A DNA stretch of 64,000 bases. It comes from Podarcis liolepis (Eukaryota). The translations under genes were made by a program, and so were the position numbers. Location: the NCBI GenBank assembly GCA_965112155.1, contig OZ218114.1. The stretch is one strand, 5' to 3'. The notes below the pieces were generated by a model. It saw only the letters and a program-made list of their open reading frames with translations, had not been told where the DNA came from and made no database searches. Of the stretch, positions 12,529-25,045 are shown in pieces. The first letter of the stretch is position 1. Every line of letters starts with the position of its first letter.

Positions 12529-13157
12529 GTAGGTATGGGAATGGATTGGAAGCGTTCATGGGCATGGCCAAGGCATCAAACAGGGGGTGCCATGGATGTT
12601 TGTGGTTTTTCTTCTCCTGGAGTGAAAAATGTTATATTTGCTATTGCGGATAACGGTCCTGAGGAAGCAACCATTTGCAAATAGTTCTCACTGAGCTGTG
12701 GGGAGAAAAAAAAAACAGTCAGCATGAACAGTTGCACTGTTAAACCAGCAGTGCTGTAGCCTTGTCGCCTTCAGTGCAATGGTGGTTCAGAATTGTGGGA
12801 ATTAGACTCTAGTTCCCATTTAGCAGAGCTTTGTGGAAGACAGTCCTGGGTCTTTTAAAGTTTAAAGAGCAAATAGCTTTTACTTAGTGTAAAGCAATGC
12901 AGGTAGGTGATACATAGGTTGCTAAAACATCTTACATAGATTAAATTGTTACAGACGAACTCTGACTCTGAGGCAGACAGCAGCACAACACAGCATACCT
13001 GCTGGTCTAACTGTTAAGACTGTTCAACTAACTGCCATAAAGGTACCAACTGCCATAACTGCCACAGAGCACATGACATCACAGAGTTCTGAAGCTCTTG
13101 CAATTAACCCTTTACATACACATTAGTCAGATAACAATGTGTAATAGTGTGGCTTGC

Positions 13158-13200
13158 AATAAAATAAAATAAAATAAAATAAAATAAAATAAAAGTAAAG
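13158..13200. repeat. (AAAAT)n microsatellite
   Basis: Read directly. Confidence 0.9.
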
Positions 13201-13523
13201 TAAATCAGTGCTCAAATTACAGTGCTCAAAATACATTTCATGGCAGTCCCTTAAAGGTGCATTTTTTTACAGGTTTTTTTTTTTGGGGGGGGGGGAATGA
13301 TAAGGAGTCAGGAAGGGGACCTTGTGGGTTTTAATAAGGATCCCCCTCCCCTTTCTCAACCACTGGAGCACTGTCTTTAAGTGGTGACTGAATTGCAGTA
13401 GTTGTGAAATAATCTTGCCTGTGCTTTTTAAACCTTGGAACTATAGCAGTTTGGGAACCACCCCAAATCCGATGGCTCTGAAAATAGCAGATCTGCTTTT
13501 GTGGACATGTCTTTTGAGCAGAT

Positions 13524-13935
13524 CAGGGCTGTCTTAAGCATATCTGGCGCCGTGGTGCAAAGATCCCTCCGCGCCCCCCCCCCCCCGTTTTCCAGAGTTG
13601 CTGACCTTTTTTAGGGGGGGGGGGTGGCACTGCCGGCGACGCTCCCAGCTTTGCGGGGCTGTAGGAGGTGGGCAGCGACTGGAGGGCAGCTCCTCTGGTG
13701 GGGAAGAGGAAGAGGCTGGACGTGGCGGCTCCTGGTTCAGCTGGCCACTTTTTGCTGTAGTGGCCATGGCAGGCGGAGGCTCCGGGCGCGGCGCTGCTTC
13801 GGCGCGGCATGGCGGAGGTGGGCAAGGACGGTGAGCTGATGCTGGGAGGTGCCACATCCAGCCTCCGCCTCTTCCCTGGCACCCTTCAGAACTTGGCACC
13901 CTGCGCCACTAGCCTCTATGGGTAAGACGCCCGTG
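13524..13935. mobile_element. GC/CpG-rich non-autonomous hAT (Tip100-like) element
   Basis: Imperfect TIRs CAGGGCTGTCTTAAGCATA / TATGGGTAAGACGCCCGTG; 8-bp TSD gagcagat/gagcaggt. Confidence 0.7.
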
Positions 13936-15290
13936 GAGCAGGTGGTGGTGGTATCCAGGAAGATGGAAATATCTGTAATAAGGAATGCAGTTCTCTCTTG
14001 ACCATTGCAATTGAAAGGGTAGGAAGAGAAATGTTGAACAAAATCCTAACGAGAGGTTACAACCAAACAGGACAGGATGTCTGAATGTTGGTGGCGAGGA
14101 GGAGAATCGAATAGAGTCCGCTGAGGAGAAGGGTTGGCTCATGGCTGGCTTCTGAGATAGAACACAGCTGATAGTGTCTCCAGAATAGGAAAAGAATGGA
14201 TTAGGAGAAGGCATGCTGGGAATGAAGGGTATGTAGAGAAAGCAGAAGTGCAATGGAGGCTGATCTCCATGTTTAGAAAGTCTGGCCTTTGTGTGTATGA
14301 AGAAGATATCCAGTTTTAGATCCATACTGGAGGACAAGTAAAATTCCCAGATACTGATGTTTCACTGAAAAGAGCCAACTAGCCAGGGTCTGGTGGTACC
14401 ATCAGGTTCATAAAGTCTCCTAGGTAATGCATAATTGATCCAGTGCTGGGGATAGATAAACAGGGAGGAATGATTTTATCTTATTTATTTTAGAATCAGG
14501 GTTCCTGATGAATTCAAGGGTTTTTCTTTTCTTTTTTGTTTTGCAACATCTGCATAGTGTTGTTGGCATTAAAATGGCAGTATGTATCCCCACCCATCTA
14601 ATCCTTATTTACTATTTCTGGGGGAAATCTGATAAGTTTCTTTAGAAAACAACAGATATCACCTGTTAGTGCTATCTCAGCGACCTCATCTGGAAGCATG
14701 TTTTCTTGAAAGTTTGACCTGAGATAAAAGAAAATACTGTTCTGCCACCTTTGAATGAAAAAATGCCAATCCATCACCCTGTGTTTTGGGTTGAGTGCTG
14801 TTTCCCCAACTTCTCTTTGCCTCTCTTTTCAATGATTTCATTGTGTGGACTTTTCAAGTGTCCCATCTGTTTGCTCTAGGAGTCAAAATGCTTGAGCCTA
14901 CAGCCAGCAGAGTGGCTAATGGATAATTGGAGGGAGGTGATGTGCTTCTCTGTGTCATATTTGTGCTCATATTTCTTGGATGATCTCTGTGGCAAATGCC
15001 ATGTCTGAGTCATAGATGGTTCCCAGGAAGAGAAGATCATTTTTTCCTTTTAATTTCATGCTCCAGTGAACCTGTTGCTAAAATCTGCTCTTTAATTCTT
15101 TTTTTATTTTTTAAATTTTATTTTGGCTATCTCTTTAGATGGGTTGAGGGGGAAGAAAAAGAGCATCCTTTCTTGTAGGTTGGTGCAAGTTTCTCACCTG
15201 CAAATGATGAGTCTAGACACATATATGGCTTCAGCCTCAATATTTGTCAGGGCCTAGCAGGATTCAGGCTCCCAATTACTCAGATTTTGG

Positions 15291-15475
15291 TGAAGAACCA
15301 TAGCTCAGTGGTAGAATATTTGCTTTGCATGCACAACATCTCAAGTTGAATTCCCCGGCATCTCTGAGTAGGGCTGGCAAAGAATCCCTGTCTGAAAGCT
15401 GCCACTAGCCAGTGTAGACAATGCTGAGCTAAATAGCTCCAGTGGTCTGACCCTGTATAAGACAGCTTCCTATGG
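15291..15475 (+). mobile_element. tRNA-derived SINE (Squam2-like)
   Basis: catagctcagtggtagaa...gccagtgtagacaatgctgagcta...gtataagacagcttcctatg. Confidence 0.7.
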
Positions 15476-15803
15476 ACTCACATCCTCTGTGCTTCCTTGA
15501 TTACTGCTTTGGTTCATCTGCACCTTTCCAAAGCATTGCCTCTTTCCTTTTACAGATAAGCAAAAAGGTAGAGGCACAATCCACTTCCTAGCAGGTGGTG
15601 GACTGCAAAGCCCTGTTCAGAAAAAAATCAAATGGGTGAGGCAAGCAGACATTCCTAGGGAAGGCTATTCCATAGTTTCGGGAAAACCTCAGAGCAAGCC
15701 CAGCTTCTCATATGACAATATAACCTCCAAACATATATGTGGGGGGGTGCAGAGGAGGGAGAATTGTGAAACCTCATAATTATTTGATGACTAAGGGGTT
15801 CTC

Positions 15804-16692
15804 GTTTTTTTTAAAATGATATTTATTAAAGGTTTAAAAATTACAGAAAAAAGAAAAAAAAAACCAAAAATTTAACAGGACATATATTACAATACATAAA
15901 AAGAAAGACATAGAAAACAATACAACAATACAGAAAAAAGAAACAATAACACTAAAACACACATCCAATATTCCATATCTTTACCTTTCATTTACTTGTT
16001 TCATCGACCTCCTCGCACCTCCCTTTTTTGTATTCTAGTTCAATTAATTGTTTCAGCAAATTCTTTCCATCTTTCTTAATTTTTGTTCTATAATTTATCT
16101 TAACGGTCTAACCTTAAATTTTTCATTTTGGCCCATTATCAATCAGCTTTTACTTAATTCTTTATTACATTTCTGCTAAAACCATATAACTTCATTCCAG
16201 CATCCTTCTAACATTCATTAATTTTGCAATGTTTTTGTAAATATACTTTAAACTTTCCAATCTTCTTCCACCGACTCTTCTCCCTGGTCTCGGATTCTGC
16301 CAGTCATTTCCGCCAGTTCCATGTAGTCCATCGACTTCATCTGCCATTCTTCCCTGGTGGGTAGATCTTGTGTCTTCCAGTACTTTGCGATAAGTATTCT
16401 TGCTGCTGTTGTGGCGTACATAAAAAAAAAACCTATCTTTCCTTGGCACCAATTGGCCGACCATGCCCAGGAGAAAGGCCTCTGGTTTCTTCAGGAAGGT
16501 ATATTTAAATACCCTTTTCATTTCATTATAGATCATCTCCCAGAATGCCTTAATCTTTGGGCATGTCCACTAAAGGTGAAAGAATGTGCTTTCAGTTTCA
16601 TTACATTTCCAGCATTTATTATCGGGCAGATGATAGATTTTTGCAAGCTTGACTGGTGTTATGTACCACCTATAGATCATTTTCATTAAATT
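15804..16692 (-). mobile_element. 5'-truncated L1-clade LINE: ORF2 C-terminus, 3' UTR and polyA
   Basis: The minus strand encodes a Cys/His-knuckle region (CWKCNETESTFFH...CPKIKAFWEMIYNEMKRVFKY...PEAFLLG) with frameshifts; 13-bp TSD CTAAGGGGTTCTC at 15791-15803 and 16693-16705. Confidence 0.85.
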
Positions 16693-16944
16693 CTAAGGGG
16701 TTCTCTTTGGCTTTAGAATATTGAATTTTCCCTGGATCACACTCTATTTTACCTAGAAATAATGTGGAGTTTGTGAGCAGTCATGTCTACATAGACCTAT
16801 AATAAATAATGTATCTTTTTAAAGATAATGTGGTTCTGGAAGGTCCATAGGCCCCAATGCAGCACACAGACCACACTGATGCAATGGTGTGAGCAGCTGA
16901 ACCTCCCTAAAGTACAGGTTGCATGGACTGGTTGTGTATCCATT

Positions 16945-17232
16945 TTAGACATAGTGATGACCACCAACTTGGACAGCTGTAGAAGAGCATTAGACATATT
17001 CACACTGAATAATGATATCCACGGCTACTAGTCATGGTGTCCACATTCTGCTTCGACTGTTGGAGGCCTCTGAATGTCCATTGCTGGGAATCACAAGTGC
17101 AGAGAACTTCTGTTGCACTCAGAATCTGCTTGTGGGCTCCTCACAGTCACCTGGTTGTTCACTGTGAGAACAGGATGCTATACTAGATGGGCCTTTCTCC
17201 TGATCTGGGAGGGCTCTGCTCACATTCTCATG
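16945..17232 (+). mobile_element. CR1 LINE 3' fragment
   Basis: Degenerate CR1 ORF2 end (VMTTNLDSCRRALDIF...IHGY*) plus a 3' UTR with ctagatgggcc...cctgatc; related copy at about 26165-26365. Confidence 0.7.
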
Positions 17233-17671
17233 AAGTGACCCATGGATTTGTGTTGCTTCCAATGGACAAAGACTATTGCAGTATTTGCAGAAGAGGTTTC
17301 TGTCAAGGGTTGTGAAAAGAGGGAAGCTGCCCACTGGGTGCTGCTGTTGCATTCCCCTGCCCTCAAATTAATAATGTCAAAATTACTGATGTTGCATGGT
17401 GACACCCTCTCCAAAACAAGGTTGCCAGCTTTGAACCTGGTTGCTTGGCCCTTTAATTTCCACTTCTCTCTTCCTCTGCTTCTTAACAGCTATGTGCTCT
17501 CTCTTTATTTTGCCTTGGTACTTTGTCCTGATAAGGACAGAAAATAAGAAATATGAAGATAATGGAATGTATAATATAGGGCAGGCTACCCAAATTTAGA
17601 AAATTCGACTAAATTATCGTAAGGATTGTTAAACATACTAATGATCTCAAAACAGTAGTGATCTCAAAGAT

Positions 17672-17714
<43 letters not shown>

Positions 17715-17746
17715 GTAGTAGTAGTAGTAGTAGCAGCAGCAGCAGC
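17672..17746. repeat. Compound trinucleotide microsatellite (AAC)n(AGT)n(AGC)n
   Basis: Read directly. Confidence 0.9.
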
Positions 17747-18119
17747 CAGGGACTCTCAGGGCCAGGGACTGAACGTGGCTCTTCAGCTAGCCCTTTGGAC
17801 TCTGCCACACCTTCCCAGACCATGCTCTGTGCCTTCCTCTATTGCTTTTACCTGGTTCTAATATGTCCTTGAGTTCTGATGGTACCTCTTGCTTGCTTGG
17901 AGGGAGAGCGGTGTTTGTCTGGCCACACCCACCGTTGACATGAGGCCTTTGGGAGATTTCCCATGCAGGAATGTGGCCTTCAGGCTGAAAAAGGTTCCCT
18001 ATGTCAGTTTTAAAAAACAACTCTATAATTTGATGTGCAACCATTTTTTTCTAATTATTTCCTCTCGGCATCTTAAACAGTTTCATTCTTTTTTCTCTCC
18101 CCCTCTTCCCTGTTTTCAG

Positions 18120-18243
18120 GCACAAGCCCCCATGCCCCAGGCAACGTGCGCATCACTGTTTCCATGACCTCTGCCAATGTTTCCTGGGAGCCTGGCTATG
18201 ATGGTGGATATGAACAGACATTCTCAGTTTGGTACGGCCCTCT
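18120..18243 (+). CDS. IGSF9B: IGSF9B exon, N-half of FN3-1 (GTSPHAPGNVRITVSMTSANVSWEPGYDGGYEQTFSVW[YGPL]); alternative donors after 18231 and 18243
   Basis: tttcag|GC; donors TG|gtacgg and CT|gtgagt, 12 nt apart and both phase 2. Confidence 0.93.
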
Positions 18244-20030
18244 GTGAGTCATCCCAGCATGCTTTGCTCTCTGCTTCTTTTCTTTCTCACTCGGCCAGAA
18301 CTCGGAGTAGGAAGGGGCCTTGCCCTTCTCAGGCTGGAGTTCCCCCGAACAGCTTGTTTTTAGCCTGATGTGCTTGAATGCCAATCACTCTAAGCGAGCC
18401 AGCAAGGGTGTCAGGTGTACCCAATACTTCTTTTCCAAAGAAGAAGATTAACACAGAATAGGGTTTTCTCCACCCCTCTCGGTAGTGCCTATATCCACTA
18501 CTGTGAGGCTGTTCATGTGCTTTGTTTAATACATTTATCTCTTGTCTTTGTTTCTATAATGGAACTCAAGGTGTTGTAGGTGGGTTTCTGGGCACTGACG
18601 AGGCCCAGACGTCCTGAGGTGCAAACCAGAGGTGATATCAAGCATTTGATTGGCCCTTGTGTGCTTAGATTGGAGTAGGGGCCATTTGGAGCAGAACCCC
18701 GGCATTGGGGGAAGGGGGTGTTGGCACTTTGTCCCCACTGCTATCACACTCTTGATTCCCCCTCCAGTTGCTCTTTGACAGTTTTTCTCCCGCTCTCATC
18801 ACATGAGAACTTGTGAACCCCCAATGAAGCTGAATGTTGGAAAACTCAGGACTGATAAAATAATGTCCTACTTCATGCAGCAGATAAACTATGGCACTTG
18901 CTGCCACATAGCTTGTGTCTCATGAAGTTGAATGCAACCTGCCAGTCATATATTCATGGTTTCATCAAGTGTTTCCTGTTTGATTTTGATTCCTATACAA
19001 AAGATAAGACACCCAGTTTTGTTTAAAAGTTTCTATTGAGTGGTTTCTCCCATTCCATAGTTTATTTTATTTTGTCATTTAAACCCCACCTTTCCTCCAA
19101 GGATCTCAAGGTGGCATAGATTGTTCTCCCCCTCCCTGTTTTTTCCTCGCAACAATTGCTTATAGCTCATGATTTTATTCATGATCATTATATCCCAGGT
19201 CTTGTGGGGGATAGGTAGACAGATAGTAGCTACATTGCCTATCAGCACAAGCTAGCTCAGAGAGCACCAGGATTCCAGAGAAGGGAGTATAGCTCAGAGG
19301 GTAAACTGCATTCATGGCAGGTGGAAGACCTCAAGTTCAATCTCCAGAATCTCCAGTTAAAACCATGGTGGGGTACCTCTGGCCTTCCAGATGTCATTGG
19401 ACTCCAACCCCTGTCAACCCCAGCCAGCATGACCACTAGCCAGATATGGTGGGAACTGTAGTCCAGCAACATCTGAAGGACCACAGGTTCCCTTGCATCA
19501 AAACTATCAGGTAGCAGCAGGTGATTGGGAAGGACCCTTCTTTGCCTGAGGCCCTGGAAAGCTGTTGTCATTCTGTGCTGGTCTAGATGGGCAAATTGGT
19601 GTAAGGCAGCTACATGCCTTCCCATTTCAAGCTCTTTGCCATATTAGGCAGGTGCTCAGATGTTGCTGCAGCACAGCAAATTCATTGCCTTGCACACGGC
19701 TTGGCAGAAAGAGACCTCCAAGCTGATTGACATTCTGTCACTCTGTTGACTCTGAAGGAAAAGTAGAGGTGACAGCGACCTGCATTTCAGTTGCGTTTCT
19801 CATCTCAAATCCTTGGGGATCTTCTCCCCACCCTTTCTTCTCCTCTTATTCTCCTCCCTCCTCTTGATGGTCGAAGCTGACCAGCTTAGGGGTGAGGATG
19901 GTGTGTTGCTGATGGAGCAGAGATTGGCTATGTGCTTCCCCATCATAAAATCTACCTGGCTTCCTGAAGAGGATAAAGGTAGTGCTTGTGAAAGTGAGGG
20001 TTATATGATTATGTAAAGAAACAAAACGAG

Positions 20031-20064
20031 GGAAGGAAGGAAGGAAGGAAGGAAGGAAGGAAGG
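20031..20064. repeat. (GGAA)n microsatellite
   Basis: Read directly. Confidence 0.9.
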
Positions 20065-20489
20065 AGAGATGGCAGATAGGGGTGGGATAAAGGAAAAGGG
20101 TGTTGTGGGGGGTGGAGGAACACAGATCAATCAAGGGAATAGGCTTAGAGTACAAAATTTATGCAGCTGCCTCTGTGATTAAAATATCATCGCAAAGGAA
20201 CGATTAAACCATCTTCACTCTGTGAGCTGTGTCTCACCTTGGAGGGGAACAGCCAGATTGCTGTCAGCTGTCCTGGCAATTTTTACCCCATCACATTGTT
20301 GAGAAACAGGGATGTTTTCAGAACCTTTAAAACAAAATAGGTTAATTTTCTTTGGCTTGGGTCTGCGCAAGGAGCCCCCAGGGGTGCGGGAAAGGAGCAT
20401 AGGCATCTGTGGCAGATGCTTCTGCATTAAGCCAGCTCTGTCGATACAAGATGCTTCCGTTTTTGGAAGGTTCCCAAGGCAAAGAGTAG

Positions 20490-20720
20490 CATGCAATGGC
20501 TAGAGGGTTAGACTAGGATTTGGGAGTCCAGGGTTCAAATCCCCTACTCAGCCATGAAACTTGCTACTGTGTGACCCTGGGGTGGGGAGCAGTCACTGTC
20601 TCTTAGCCTAGCCTACCTTAGAGGGTTGTTGGGAGGATAAAATGATGAGGTGGGGAGAGCTATGTCCATCATCTTGAGCTCTTTGGAGGAAAGGTGGGAT
20701 CTAAATGTAATAAATAAATG
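20490..20720 (+). mobile_element. tRNA/CORE SINE
   Basis: gactaggatttgggagtccagggttcaaatcccc...cttgagctctttggaggaaaggtgggat...taataaataa. Confidence 0.7.
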
Positions 20721-22699
20721 ATAAACATTTTTTCCCCTCTACAGGGAACCTGTTCCATGCTGACTCACCTGCTGAAGAAGCCCTGCATTTCTTTTACAGG
20801 GATTCCGGTGCCCTCGCAGAGGATTCTGGGGCATGCTTATTTCATGCAGGTCCCTGGTTGCGTCTGTTGAGCCTCCTTATGGCCCTGCATGAACTGAGCA
20901 CAACCTAAAACTGAGCACAACCCAGTGCCCTTCCAACATCTGGCGTTGCAGGGGGAGATTGCAAATGACAGATGAGCTGTCTTTCACCATTATTGATTCC
21001 CACCCTCCTAACTAACTGAGCTTTGGGGAAGCCCAGAGTGCTCCAGGACATGGTTTCAAAGTCACTGCCCTAAGGAGTTGTTTGCTTCCATCTTTAGCAA
21101 AGAGTTGCAATTTATTACCCACTGGAGCTTCTTATTGGTGCCATGCTAAATTCTCCCTCCCCTTTTAATTTACATCCTGGGAGTCTCTTTCCTGCTGGAC
21201 TCTTATTCATTTATTCTCCCCAAGTGAATTGCAGTTGAGTTTGGTGTTTTTTTTGGTGTATGTGGTGCAGCTTGAAGCAGCTGGATCTTCCCTTTAGGGC
21301 AAGAAATGACAACATTTTCTCGGTCTATGGTTGTATTCCAACAGGGGTAATCTATCAGAGAGAGTCTGCCAACTGTGAGCAGACATGAAGCCTGCAGTGG
21401 GGCAAAAGCAAAAAGGAGACTACCTCCTTTTTCTCCCTACCCTTGCCTCCTTTCTCCCCATCCGACAGTCTGCCAGGATCTGCCAGAGGTCTGAACTGCT
21501 TGCTTGCAGAGGGCTTTATTGACGTTAGTGGGAGGGCCTCATGCAGTTTGAGGTTGCCTGCCTGCTCCATAGGGCCTTATCCACTTCCACTGTTGTCTAT
21601 GGGTTGTAATCCAAAGTCGTGCTAAATTAAAGTCACTTAGTGGTATACTTGTTGCACCCTTGAAATGCTTTGCTCCAGCGGAAAGTTGTCGCTCAAGAGA
21701 ATGCATGAGCAGGTTGCTGGTAATTTTGTTGCATGACAAGTGGTGCAATGTATTGCACAGAGAGTTTCCACTAGCACCACTGTTGTGTTGCCATCTTCTG
21801 TTGCATAACATTAAAAAGGAATGGAGGAGGTAGCAGAGTCAGATCAGCAGAGCAGTGTAAGGATCAGAGTTCCTGCATGTAGCAGGTGCTTTGCTGCAAA
21901 GGCAAAGCTTGCCTACAGGAGATGTTACAGAGGAACAGGAAAAGACAGGGACCAGTCACTGTGAAGAGGGGCAGAGCAAGACAGACTGAAGCTGCTCGGA
22001 CCTAAAAGGGACCCACGTCTTCCCAAATTGTTCCTTGGAAAGGCTCTGGTTGAACTCTGGTTGGAGGGATCCTGACAGGCACTGTTGCCTTTGCCCTATG
22101 GGCTGCTGTCCCGATGGTCCCATTGTCTAGGCTTTTATTGGGCTGCCTGGATCTTGCTCTGGCTTCACTTTAATCACATACTTGCACCTACTTCCGCCAG
22201 CAGCTCTGTTTCTGCAGAAGCAGATGCTCTCGGTGGAAACATTACATAGGATTAGTGGTGCAAAGGAGAATTGTCAATTCAATGGGCCAACCCCATTTTG
22301 TTCCTTGAGGCAAAGGGCAAAGATTGTGGCTCCCTCAGGTTCATGTACAGAAGCTGACCAGATTAGCAGTGGAATCTTATCTCAATGCCAAACAGCAACC
22401 TCCACTGCCCTGAAGGACAGCAGGCTCACTTAGGGGGTGCAAACCTGGCCATATGGCGCAAACAGCCCTACCCAATCCTCACTCCTCAGCATCTGCTGCC
22501 TGCAGTGACTGCCTCACTCTTCCTTATGTTAGGGACAGCCCTGGGCAATCCCCGTTGCCTTCTTTCAATGCTCTGCCTTCCATTCAGTTGGCATCAGCAG
22601 GGTCTGGAATGCGACCAGAGTGAATGAAATCATTTCTTGGCCGTGGTCCTCATGGGAGGTGCTGCTCAGGTGAGCCTAGCCTGAAGGCAGCATTTGGCT

Positions 22700-22960
22700 C
22701 TGGCATTAATTTGGCAGTCCCGCTGATGACGTATGAGTCAGCCTAGCCTCCCACCTGCTTATCCGTTAGCAAAGCTAGCACCGTGTGCCATGGAGAGGGC
22801 CATCAGTAATTAATGTTTAGATTTGCCGTGACAAATAATCAGGGCTGATGCGGTAAGAGACCCATGGGTGCAGGATGGCTGGATGAAAACATATCATTTC
22901 CGATTATCATTGTACTGTTGGGGGCTGTCATCATTTCATTAGTTTACATCCGATTGGATG
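22700..22960. promoter_or_regulatory. Candidate intronic enhancer with abutting CRE-like and AP-1 sites
   Basis: TGACGTA (22727-22733) directly followed by TGAGTCA (22734-22740), with TAATTA homeobox cores nearby; apparently non-repetitive and CpG-retaining. Confidence 0.4.
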
Positions 22961-23662
22961 GAAAGATCTGTACCCAGGTTTAGAGTGGCAAGCAAAAAAC
23001 CAAATTACATCTCCCTCCTCTTTTGCTGCTGTGGAAACAGATCAAGCCTTTAGAAACTTGCACACAGACCTTAGTGGTACAAAATTGCAGGTGTGTGTGT
23101 GTGTGTGTGTGTGAAGAGAGTGAGAGAAGAAACTCATTACATTAAGTGTTGGGTGCAGAATTCAACTTCTTTGATGTGTCACCCTTCATTAAAATCAACA
23201 ATCAGGTTTCTAGCCCATATGATGGTTAAAAACAGGTTTGAAAGCTTGTTGGCAACACCTGCTGCATTTGCAGGAATCAGGGGAGTCTCTGAATAAGATC
23301 TGTGGGAAGCCAGAGGGTGTGGGGTTCAGGTCTCATTTTCCCCTCCCATGTAACTAGCAGGAGCAAAATAAATAATTCAAATCTGGAGTGATAATGCAAA
23401 TGTGCTGGATTGAGTCTGGCCGCAGAATCAAGCATTCCTTGCCATGAAATATGAGTCATGTTGGTGCAGAATTTTGTATTTAGCAGAGTCCTGGGTGTCA
23501 TTAGATCCAACCCCAAGTAGCTCCATTGTTCATTAAGGAATTATCTCTCTCTTTTTTCCTCTCTCTACACTTTTCTTTTCTCTCTCTTGTTCTCTTTTTT
23601 CTCTTTGATTTCTTCCCTCTAAAGAACCTGCCCCTTCGATTGTCTTTCTTCTATCTTGCCAG

Positions 23663-23838
23663 GATGAAGCGGGCACAATTTGGACCTCATGACTGGCTCT
23701 CTTTCCCAGTGCCAACTGGGCCCAGTTGGTTCCTCATGGATAATCTAGAACCGGAGACTGCCTACCAGTTCAGTGTCTTGGCCCAAAACAAGCTAGGCAC
23801 AAGCTCCTTCAGTGAGGTGGTCACTGTGAATACTTTAG
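23663..23838 (+). CDS. IGSF9B: IGSF9B exon, C-half of FN3-1 (MKRAQFGPHDWLSFPVPTGPSWFLMDNLEPETAYQFSVLAQNKLGTSSFSEVVTVNTL)
   Basis: gccag|G ATG ... TTA G|gtgaga; 176 nt, phase 2-1; FN3 L-x-P-x-T-x-Y motif. Confidence 0.95.
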
Positions 23839-24411
23839 GTGAGACTCAGAAGAGGACCTTGATGACCCAAGGTTCCATAAACCGAAAGAATGAATTACTA
23901 GCAGCGTCGTACCCAGTGTTATTCTGGAATTCTAAGAAACCAGAAAGCTTTCAAGGGTTCTCCAAATGGTTCAAAATGGTGTCTAATTGCATCCAAGCAT
24001 AGACAAAAACCTTCTCATTGATCTCAGGAACTGCCAAGCAGAATTTGGTGATGACATCTTAAGAAAGAGGGGGGGGCACATGGAAATTTAGTGCTGTGCT
24101 TACTCTCAGTAAAAGTAAAAGGTTGAGCCAAAGGTGTCATGGAAGAGCAGAGCTTTGAGGAAGCAGTTAAGGGGCAGCAGGATAGGTGGCATAAAGCAGG
24201 TATTCTGAGGAAAACATTCTGGGCATAAGGGACAGTAAGGGTGAAATAGCAGAGCTTTTAAAGCAGAAGTGGTCAAACACTTTGGCAAATGTGCCACAAT
24301 TCCAGTGTAAAACACAAGACCCATCACCGCCCCCATAGGTTTCTTGTGTCTGTTTTAAAAATATTTCTTTTCCCTTCCCCTTCTATCCCAACATTTTTTT
24401 TTTATCTTCAG

Positions 24412-24638
24412 CATTCCCTGTCACAACTCCAGAACCCCTGGTGCTGGTTACTCCACCAAGGTGCCTAACAGCCAATCGGACGCAGCAAGGAGTCCTATTG
24501 TCATGGCTTCCCCCAGCCAATCATAGCTTTCCGATTGACCGTTATATTATGGAGTTTCGGGTTGGAGAAAGATGGGAGATTTTAGATGATGCCATCTTGG
24601 GGAGTGACAGTGACTTCTTTGCAAAGGATTTGACTCAG
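24412..24638 (+). CDS. IGSF9B: IGSF9B exon, N-part of FN3-2 (AFPVTTPEPLVLVTPPRCLTANRTQQGVLLSWLPPANHSFPIDRYIMEFRVGERWEILDDAILGSDSDFFAKDLTQ)
   Basis: cttcag|CA ... CAG|gtaagt; 227 nt, phase 1-0. Confidence 0.95.
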
Positions 24639-24920
24639 GTAAGTGGATGACAGATTGAACCTTACAGTGTGGTGGTCTTTCTGGGAAATCTTGGAGTGAA
24701 TTAAGTGTGTGAGCTTAATAGGAATTCCTTAATAAGAAGGCTAGTAATAATAGACAAGCTTCCCTGAAAGACAATTTGTCTCCCAAACTGTTTATCTTTC
24801 CTTGCAATGTTCTGCCACAGAGGAGTGTTGGGTATGTTCCAGGCTGCTCTCTGAGGAACAAAATGAGGTTCCAGGAAGCCTGAGCAGCACTGAATATGAG
24901 CTTGTCTGTACATTCCAGAA

Positions 24921-25045
24921 CAGTGTTCTTCAAGGTTGGGTCTCCAGATATTGTTGGACTACATCTCCCATCATCCTCAGCCAGCTTAGGGATGATAGGA
25001 GTTGAAGTCCAACAACATTTGAGGATCGAAGGTTGAAGAACATTA
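24921..25045. mobile_element. Palindromic hAT-type MITE
   Basis: CAGTGTTCTTCAA...TTGAAGAACATTA ends; internal ACTACATCTCCCATCATCC inverted repeat. Confidence 0.7.

Noticed and set aside
13909-14337. 142-aa minus-strand ORF, possible old LINE remnant
   Set aside because: No RT or endonuclease motif could be recognised confidently.
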